This document shows, piece by piece, positions 50,901 to 64,000 of a DNA stretch of 64,000 bases (position 1 is its first letter; each line of letters starts with the position of its first letter). Source of the stretch: Felis catus (Eukaryota); NCBI RefSeq assembly GCF_018350175.1, contig NC_058384.1:68572001-68636000 (forward strand), read 5' to 3'. Under the pieces are notes generated by a model. It was not told the DNA's origin and ran no database searches. It worked only from the letters and a program-made list of their open reading frames with translations. The position numbers were made by a program, and so were the translations under genes.

Positions 50901-53900
50901 AAGTATTTTTTCATTTGTGTGAAGTTTGAAACCAGGCAAAGGTAAACAGCTTGTTCAGGTTGATATGTGGTAAAACAGTGAAGAAAAGTAAGATTGTTGA
51001 CAAATGAACATTGGGGGTGTTGCATTTAATCAGAACTAGGCACACATGGCTTCAGGAGAGCAGACATAGATGTTCATCTTCACAGTTTTCATAATTACTT
51101 AAAACGTACATAGCGTGTATTTCACGTATGATCTATTCCACAGTGGCAGTTGCTAAAAAGTCACAAGAAGTGGGTCGCCTGGGTGGCTCAGTCGGTTAAA
51201 CGTCTGACTTCGGCTCAAGTCATGGTTTCACGGTCCATGAGTTCGAGCCCCACATCGGGCTCTGTGCTGACAGTTCAGAGCCTGGAGCCTACTTCGGATT
51301 CTGTGTCTCCTTCTCTCTCTCTGTCTCTCTCCCACTCACGTGCTGTCTCTCAAATAATAAATGTTAAAAAAAAAATTTTTTTTTTAAAGTTACGAGAAGA
51401 AAAATCTGCTGGGGCTCTGGCAGCCCTTTTAAGTGAGAGAGATGGACGTGGACTTAACAGTGGTTGCTTCGGGGTGAGTGAGGGGTGACTGTAGTATCTT
51501 CTCGAAGTTTATATCGTGGATGTGAATTAACCTACTTAAAAAATTAAGTGTACTCCAGAAGAAAGCTTTTAGAAGTCCTGTGATCCACCAGGTAGGGTAG
51601 TCCCCAAACTATTGGAAACCACATACAGGTATTCTCACAGATTTTTAGATTATGATTTTCACTTGCTGTCCAGTTTTCTCTTCCTCCAGAAGTTTGTTAG
51701 AACACCTAACCAAGATCCTAAATTCAGTTGAGTCAGAAATCATGTTGATGCCATAGAACTTGAGGAAATTCTGGCAGGTTAAAGGTCTAGCTTAGAGGGT
51801 TGCGTGGGTGGCTCTGTCAGTTGAGCGTCCGACTCTTTGTTTTGGCTCAGGTCATAATCTCACGATTTGTGGGTTCAAGCCCCGAGTGGGGTTCTGCGCT
51901 GCTAGGGCAGAGCCTGCTTGGGATTCTCTGTCCACCCGCCCCTCCCTTGCTCACACACTAGCTGTCTCTTTCTCAAAATAAACTTTACAAAAATTTTTTT
52001 AAATGGAGCTAGGTTAGAGATGTGCCGTTGGGGGAAGTTCTTAGAGAACCCAAGCCTATCCTTATATTTTTCAGCCTGACCTGGCAACGTTACCAGCCAG
52101 ATGAGCATTTTTTGTGCTGCTTTTGTCATAGCTGCTCACTTGCTCTGCCCCATTTCGAGGCTGACGGGAAGCAGAGTACAGGATAAGTGATCGCACGCTC
52201 TTTTCTCTGTGTGAACAGGACTTGAGAGAGGAGATTGACATTCGGCTGTCCAGGGTTCAAGACATCAAGTATGAACCTCAGCTCCTTGCAGACGGCGATG
52301 CGAGACTGCTCCAGCTGGAAGCCCAGGGAAATCAGAGTATGTGGCGTGCTCTCGGAGGACGCTTGAGTGAGGAATCCCATGTGTTCAGAATTCCTTTGCT
52401 CTCTGAGCTGTCAGCATAGCTGCTGGGCACCTGTGGTTCCTCTGTTGCTGGGCACATGTGAGATGCGGGGAGGCAGTTTATTGGCTTGCTGGAGTTTGAG
52501 AAATCTGAGGTCGTGCCTACGACCAGTCTCTTTCTCGACAGGCTGCTACAACTACCTGTACAGGATGAAAGCCCTGGACGCCGTCCGCGCCTCCGGTAGG
52601 GCTGACTTGATGGGAGGCTGAGGGCCTGGGCTGGGAGGGGGTGGGGGGCTGTGTATATTAGAGCTTATGCTTTTTCTGCCCCCCGCTGGGAGGAATTTCC
52701 TGGAGTTTTGAGAGTACTGGGTTATTTTGTCTAAGGAAATGATGGCGGCAAGTTATTTCTTCTTCAAAGGGTGAATTTGTTTTATTGTTTAGACCTTTAG
52801 TTTCGTGAACCGGATGGTGGTAATTTGCTTGTTTTTCTACACAAGACAAGTGACACCCACGCTTTTTCAGTAAGACCGAGATAAATGGTTCTTGAATTTT
52901 TTCTACCGTGTGACCATTGTCAAGTATGCTTTGTTTCTGCTGAAACGTGGTTTACGCCTCAGAGCTGGAGTGAGTAGGGGGTAGATGGAAAGGAGACACT
53001 GTCGGTACCATCGGTGGAGCCTACGGTTGTGTTGCCAGCACCCCGTGACCGCTCAGACGCGGCTCTGGGCCTCCGGTCGTCTTCATTCCATTAGAATTTC
53101 CCCCCCAATTCATTCATTCGACCCATTCCTAAATTTGGAAGGTTAACTAAAAAGACTAACAAATGGGAGAAGGGTTATCACTGTGCTGTGTGATTGTCTC
53201 CTCAGAGATCCCGTTTCATGCTGAAGGCAGGCATCCCCGTTCCTTAATGGGCAAGAATTTCCGCTCCTACCTGCTAGATCTCCGGAACACTAGTACTCCT
53301 TTTAAGGGTGTGCGCAAGGCCCTCATCGACACCCTGCTGGATGGCTATGAGACAGCCCGCTATGGGACGGGGGTAAGCCGGATGGCCACTTTTTCCTTCA
53401 GGGGACTAAAGGGATGCCCCAGCCTGAGGGAGCCCCACTCTTTCTTCCTCTTTCCTCAGGTCTTTGGGCAGAGTGAGTACCTGCGCTACCAGGAGGCCCT
53501 GAGTGAGCTGGCCGCCGTGTAAGTGGGGGGGGGCGGGTGCTGGAGAGGACAGCGGTGGTGCTGGCCCACCCCAGCAAGATGCCCTTCGTGAGCAGTAGTA
53601 ACAAAATCACAATGACGAGCTGTCTTGTTCTGCCTTACTTGCCTCTGAAAGCGTGTGCTGCTCTATAAGAACACAGTAGGAGAAGCGTCTCCTACTTTTG
53701 TGCCCCCTCCTTTTTTTTTTTTTTTAGTTCAGCTCAGTAAAATGTCAGAATTGGTGTGTAAAATGTAGACCGGTAAAGGGAATAAAGTTGGAGCACCTGG
53801 GTGGCTCAGTTAAGCGTCCGACTTCTGCTCAGGTCATAATCTCGTGGTTGTTCGGGCTCTGTGCTCACGGTTTGGAGCCTAGAGCCTGCTTCCAATTTTG

Positions 53901-55365
53901 TGTCTCCCTCTCTCTCTGCCCCTCCCCTACTCACACTCTGTCTCTCTCAAAAATAAACATTACAAAAATTTAAAGGGGGGGGGCTAAGGTTCCTTTTTTC
54001 TTTTTTTTAATGTTTTTTTTTTTTTGAGAGAGAAAGAGAGACAAAGCATGAGTGGGGAAGGGGCAGAGAGAGGGAGACACAGAATCGGAAGCAGACTCCA
54101 GGCTCGTAGCTATCAGCGCAGAGTCGATGTGAGATTCAAACTGAAGAACCATGAGATTATGACCTGAGCCCTAAGTTGGACGCTTAACCGACTGAACCAC
54201 CCAGGCGCCTCCAGGGAATGAAGTTACTTTTTTTTTTTTTTTAATGGTAACTGGATCCTGGACGCTTTAAAAAAAAATTTTTTTGAGAGAGAGTACAAGC
54301 GTGAGAGGGGCAGAGAGAGAGAGGGAGACACAGAATCCAAAACAGGCTCTGAGCTGTCAGCACAGAGCCCAACACAGGGCTGAAACTCTCGAACTGTGAG
54401 ATCATGACCTGAGCCGAAGTCGGACGCTTCATTGACAGCCCCCCAGGTGTCCCGAAATAAAGTTTTTCAATGCAGAGATTCTTCCTCTTTCAGGTTCCAG
54501 TGTTTTCCTTTCATGTCTTGGTCTGATAACAATCACACGTGCCCCCCCCCCCCCATTTTTATTACCACTCACAGCTTTAGGAACCTTGTTTGAAACTAAG
54601 GGCGTCACTAGAGCATCAGCTGTTGAGTTTCTGTGTAATAGGAATCACGACTTTTGTCTGACAGTGTTTAAAACATGCGCTGGCGTGGTTTCATGGTGTT
54701 GTTTATACAGATGTTCAAAGGGTGGAGAGGGAAAGCCCATGTAGAAATAAAAAGTTAGTTACCAGCCTTGAAAAGAACCGTGTCCATTTTCTGCCGTGTT
54801 GAATAAGGCTCTTTCTGAAAAGGTAAGGAGTATGGCTGTTCTGTCTTTTCTCTGTTCATAAAACTAAACTACCTTGTTCCAAAAACAAAGGGTTTGGTAA
54901 AAACTGCTCAGAAGAGGAGTGAAAGCAGGGGAAGACGAGGAAGGGTGCTTGTTCTGGAGGTCAGGCAGAAGGCGTGTTCAAAGTGTGGTTTCTTTGGACC
55001 AGAAATACCTTCTGGTTCTAACTCAGGTGAAGTCTCTAGAGTCCTCAAATTCATAAAGATGGGAAGGTGACAGTGCCAGGGGTGGGGGGTTATTGCTTAC
55101 TGGGGACAGAGCTTCAGTTTTGCAGCATGAAAAGAGCTCTGGAGATGGGTGGTGGGGATGGGTACACAGCGGTGTGAATATACTTAATACTACTGGACCG
55201 TAAACATTTAAAAACGGTCTATTTTACCACAATTTTATTAAAAGTTCAGTCCTTGAGAGCACCTATATGACTCAGTTGGTTAAGTGTCCCGACTCTTGAT
55301 TTCTGCTCAGGTCATGATCCCACGATTCGTGGGATTGAGTGCAGTCAGCTCAGAGCCTGCTTGGG

Positions 55366-55398
<33 letters not shown>

Positions 55399-57245
55399 CT
55401 CTACCTCTACCTCTACCTCTACCTCTACCTCTACCTCTCCCCTGCTTTCGCCGTCTCTCTCAAAATAAGCAAATACGCTTTATAAAAAATCTTTAATAAA
55501 ATCAGGGCACCTGGGTGGCTCAGTTGAGCATCCAATTCTTGATTTTGGCTCAGATCATGATCCCAGAGGTCATGGGATCAAGCCCTGTGTTGGGCTCTGC
55601 GCTGAGCATGGAGCCTGCTTCAGATTCTCTCTCTCTCCCCCTTTGCCCCTCTCCCCTGATCACATGTACTTTCTTTCTAAAATAAAATACATTCTTAAAA
55701 AAATAATTACAAAAAACTTTAGTCCTCGTCGGCATGTGGCTGGCTCAGTTGCTAGAGCATGCAACTTTTGATCTCAGGGTCATGAGTTCAAGCCCAACAT
55801 TGGGTATGGAGATAAACTTTAAAAAAAAATAAAAATTCAGGGCACCTGGGTGGCTCAGTTGGGCATCCAACTTCATCTCAGGTCGTGATATCACGGTTCC
55901 TGAGTTCAAGCTCCGCGTCGGACTCTGCTGACAGCTTGGAGCCTGGAGCCTGTTTCGGGTTCCGTGTCTCCCTCCCTCTCTGCTCCTCCCCGCTTATGCT
56001 CTGTCTCTCTCCGAGAATAAAAACGTTAAAAAATTTTTAAAAGAAAGGGATGTAACAGTAAAAAAGTAAATAAAAATTCACTCCTTGATTTCTGATTTCT
56101 AGAGCAATTCAGTGAGGTTAGTGAAGACGAGGCCCTGAAATCTGACAGATTCCTGTCCCAACTCTGTCGCTTACTAGCTTTGTGACCTTAGGCAAGAGGG
56201 CCCTCAGTTTCCTAACTTGGAAATTGGGGATGTTACTGCCATGTAGGGATATTGGGATGGCAGTAAATTAGATGTTGGTAAAGGACCAATTTAATGTCGT
56301 AAGTACTTGATAGCTATTTCTGTTCTTATTTTTTGGTGTTCAGTTTTCAAAGGACTTTTCTTAGATTGGGAGTATATTAGTACATAGATGCAGGAGGTGA
56401 ATCAGCAGAATTAAAAAAGTTTTCTTTGGGGCGTGTGGGTGGTTCAGTCGATCAAGCGTACAGCTCTTCATTCTGGCTTCTCAGGTCATGATCCCCAGGT
56501 CGTGGGACTGAGCCCCATATCAGGCTCCACACCAGGCATGGAGCTTGCTTGGGATTCTCTCTCTCCCTCTGCCCCTCTCCACGTGTATGCACGTATACTC
56601 TCTCTCTAAAATAAACTTTAAAAAATGATAACAAATAAAGGTTTTCTTTATAGCGAGATGAAAATGTTGAGCCAGGGGTGCCTGGGTGGCTCAGCCGGTG
56701 AAGCGTCTGACTTCGGCTCATGTCATGATCTCACAGTTTGTGAGTTCAAGTCACATGTCGGGCTCTGTGCTGACAGCTCAGAGCCTGGAGCCTGCTTCGG
56801 ATTCTGTCTCTCTCTCAAAAATACACACTAAAAAAGGAAGATGTTGAGCCAGAGGCAAGGACTCTGGGAAAATTGTTTTCTCTGCTACTTCTATCAGATG
56901 GGCTTTTAGTCACTAGTTTATAAGATAGGACAAGGACAAGGGATCACTTGTGGCTACCGCCATGTTACGGAGCGGTTGAGTCTTGCTTGAATTGCCTTCT
57001 TGTGTTAGTCGTCATTCTGTCCGTGACCTGCCCTCTCTGTATCCTCCAGAGTCAAAGCACGAAGCGGGAGCTCTCAGAGACAGCACCAGTCAGCCGCCAA
57101 AGACCTAACCCAGTCTCCTGAAGTCTCCCCGACAACCATCCAGGTGACCTACCTCCCTTCCAGTCAGAAGAGTAAACGTGCCAAGCACTTTCTTGAACTG
57201 AAGAGCTTTAAGGACAACTATAACACACTGGAAAGTACTCTGTGA
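47680..57245 (+). CDS. C1orf43: C1orf43 (NICE-3) homologue, 253 aa, 7 exons
   Basis: Exons 47680-47745, 48010-48111, 52219-52336, 52542-52595, 53206-53372, 53460-53518, 57050-57245; total 762 nt, all GT-AG. Protein MASGSNWLSGVNVVLVMAYGSLVFVLLFIFVKRQIMRF...KDNYNTLESTL*. Confidence 0.97.
48640..49175 (+). mobile_element. L2 LINE fragments
   Basis: gatgacatt...ccagacctctttactgagt and cttagctcaaatgt...taagcttcaggaatgcaggcacc...gtagtgggtgctcagtaa...tgagtga, resembling the L2 3' end. Confidence 0.6.
49448..49630 (+). mobile_element. Can-SINE with TSD aaaactttgat
   Basis: Canonical ggggcgcctgggtggctcagtcggttaa head. Confidence 0.9.
49790..51140 (+). mobile_element. Old L1ME-type 3' region interrupted by Can-SINEs (49970-50163 +, 50322-50520 -)
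   Basis: tcattgctggtggaagtgtaaatt, atgagtgaatctcaaaaacatgctgagt and ttttggggtgatggaaatgttctgtcttg motifs. Confidence 0.7.
51171..52000 (+). mobile_element. Two Can-SINEs (51171-51385, 51797-52000)
   Basis: Canonical heads, CT-rich bodies and A tails. Confidence 0.88.
53789..54453. mobile_element. Cluster of three Can-SINEs (+, -, -)
   Basis: Copies at 53789-53970, 53995-54211 and about 54270-54453. Confidence 0.88.
55030..55240 (+). mobile_element. L1MB-type 3' end fragment
   Basis: tcaaattcataaagat...gggacagagcttcagttttgc...ctggagatgggtggtggggatgg...gtgaatatacttaatac. Confidence 0.75.
55256..56075 (+). mobile_element. Tandem array of four same-orientation Can-SINEs
   Basis: Heads at about 55256, 55505, 55730 and 55839; the first copy carries a (CT)n(CTCTAC)n microsatellite. 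Confidence 0.88.
55367..55440 (+). repeat. (CT)n plus (CTCTAC)7 compound microsatellite within a SINE
   Basis: Directly visible. Confidence 0.9.
56427..56835 (+). mobile_element. Two Can-SINEs (56427-56625; 56675-56835 with TSD atgttgagcca)
   Basis: Canonical heads and tails. Confidence 0.88.
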
Positions 57246-57827
57246 CGGGCTGACGGACACTGCTCCTGCTGCTGGTGGCCTCAGGTCATCTGGCCAGTGG
57301 GCGCCGGTCAGCCGAAGTCCCACTTCGTCCAGAGCTCGTAGGGTTCACGCCTAGAGGATCATTCTCCAACCTGTTCTTACGGCCAGTTTCAGAGAATTGG
57401 TTAGGACTTGATTTTCCCTTGGTAGCACTTTTTTCTGGAGTTGAATTCAGATGTTTTAATGTTTCCATCATGGCTTCCTTAAAAATCCTCACTTGGTTTT
57501 GATTATAGTTTGTTCATTGGCCTTTTTTCCCCTGTCCTCAGACTATAAATAGTCCTAAATTGTAAGAGTTGGGGGAGCCGGGCCTGGTGCATTCTATGTC
57601 TGCCCCTTCATACATAGGTGGATGGGAACCGTTTGTGTTTGAGACATCTTCGAGTTGATTGGTTGGAAAGGCAGACGTGAGCTGGTGGGGAGGTCTGGGG
57701 AGGCCGTGAGGTGCGCAGAACAACTTGCCTGGTGCTCCGTGGAAACCAGGCTGTGTGGAAACGTTAACCCGACCTGGTCCCCGGAAATGCGAGGATCGGC
57801 CTCAGGCTTTCTTTACATGCTGTCCTG

Positions 57828-57967
57828 AATAAATGGGAAAGGGAATGTTGGCACCTGACACGATCCCACCCCCCCTCATTTATTGGGGACGCTATATGGG
57901 ACAGTGAAGCAATGGTCAGACCGATGCCCTGCTCTGACGTTAAAACTAATAAAATGAACAATTAAAA
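57828..57967 (+). terminator. C1orf43: C1orf43 polyadenylation signals (AATAAA 57828, AATAAA 57948, ATTAAA 57962)
   Basis: Hexamers 580-720 nt after the stop codon. Confidence 0.7.
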
Positions 57968-58129
57968 CACATGATTCACTCCTTTATAGGTGCCTTTTAA
58001 TCAAACAGGCACAGGATATGTTCTTTGGACCTAGGATCATATGGATGCTCCTTGAGACCCCGCGGAAGAAACCCTAAAATTGGGGCTCTGGTCTTTGCTC
58101 CTAGAATAGCCTGAGAACTGGGACTCCCT

Positions 58130-58215
58130 TCTGGTCTACAGGGCAACAGGCCAGGTGACCAATCAGGTCGCAGACCCTGGGTCATTGTTGGAGGCAGACA
58201 TGTTGCCATGACTCC
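58130..58215 (+). promoter_or_regulatory. CFAP141: CFAP141 promoter: RFX X-box-like sites flanking a CCAAT box
   Basis: GTCTACAGGGCAAC about 58134-58147, CCAAT 58159-58163, GTTGCCATGAC 58202-58212; 80-160 nt upstream of the ATG. Confidence 0.55.
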
Positions 58216-58292
58216 TGAAACCTGGGTGACTGGATGATACAGAGACAAGAGCCTGCTTGTGTCCTGGGCTGGTGTCCCGCAAGCGTGTGGAC

Positions 58293-63164
<4,872 letters not shown>

Positions 63165-64000
63165 CGGCGCCCAAAACAAAGCTGGCTCTTAACGGCTCGA
63201 AGGCAGACATATGGCTCATTCTACGGCCCTGAATCCCTATTGGTTGCAAAAGTGTTTAGCTGTACCCGTGATCTTAAAACAGCTTCCTGGGTTTTGCTCA
63301 CTTGCCTCTCCGATCTCACTTCCTCTCGTCTTTTCCGTCTTCCTGGACAAATAGCTCTGAGTGTGGCTGTTCACCCATGGGTGCCGTGGCGCTTGGCTGG
63401 CAGGAGGCCTGGGGTCCCATGATGAGACCTGGGACAGGTCTCTTTCCTCCGGACCCGAATTCCCACCTCTGCAAATTGACAGGGTTCCAAACTCCAGTGT
63501 AATGAGGGGTGAGGCAGCTATAAGGAAGTAAGGAGCAGCGATTTATGTGAAGCTGCTCAGAGCGTGTACGATCTCACGGCCTTCAGATTCTCAAGAATTC
63601 TAAAAGGTACTGGTTGGTCACATGCATCTGTAGGCCACAGAGAACCTTACTTATGAAGATCTGCTTTGCATAAAATGACATCACAAGCCAGAGACCCCCC
63701 CGTTGTGCAGCCGGTAACAGGTGCCAGGACAAACTGTCACCGCCAGGCCAGAACAACTTCCCGGTCCCCTCACCTGCTGTCAGCATCCTCGTTGGCCACT
63801 TGTCCTGTCCACACGGAGCTTGTCCTGCCCTCTGCTCCGTGCGGCTGTGTGCGCTGCACAACTCTGGTCTCCCTGTCCCGCCGCCACCCCCTCCCCCCGT
63901 CTGGCTCCAACCCTCAGTGGGCATTTCTCCCCTCCGACACCAGAGCCCCCTCCTTTTCTCCCTGCACGCCCCACCGATGGGCACAGAGAGGCAGCAGGTA

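Noticed and set aside
63165-64000. MIR190B and the TPM3 5' end, expected by synteny
   Set aside because: I did not find the miR-190b mature sequence (TGATATGTTTGATATTGGG) or TPM3 coding sequence; they probably lie beyond the window.

Overview
Eukaryotic (mammalian) genomic DNA from a feliform carnivore, judged by the abundant SINEC_Fc-type Can-SINEs. It is the reverse-complemented equivalent of the human 1q21.3 block. In window order: AQP10 exon 1 (-), HAX1 (-, 7 exons), UBAP2L (-, about 27 exons, three alternative last exons, intronic SNORA58), a bidirectional CpG-island promoter, C1orf43/NICE-3 (+, 7 exons) and CFAP141/C1orf189 (+, 4 exons), which carries an antisense processed UBE2C pseudogene in intron 2. 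Repeats include LTR16/ERV3-16A3, a MER21/MER77-like LTR, L1, L2, MIR and about 40 Can-SINEs. Visible exon boundaries were checked by hand for GT-AG and frame; gene identities rest on my recall of the human and mouse proteins, not on a database search. No prokaryotic system or CRISPR array is present, and I found no clearly new biological system. Best leads: (i) the 12 N-runs look like computational masking of highly conserved sequence (11 of 12 lengths are 4 mod 8, minimum 132), so they may point to conserved elements; (ii) one such mask lies in a UBAP2L intron inside a candidate frameshifting poison exon whose 3' splice site sits in an 11-bp hairpin; (iii) a second candidate 107-nt UBAP2L exon has a consensus branch point; (iv) the SNORA58 copy has a degenerate H box.
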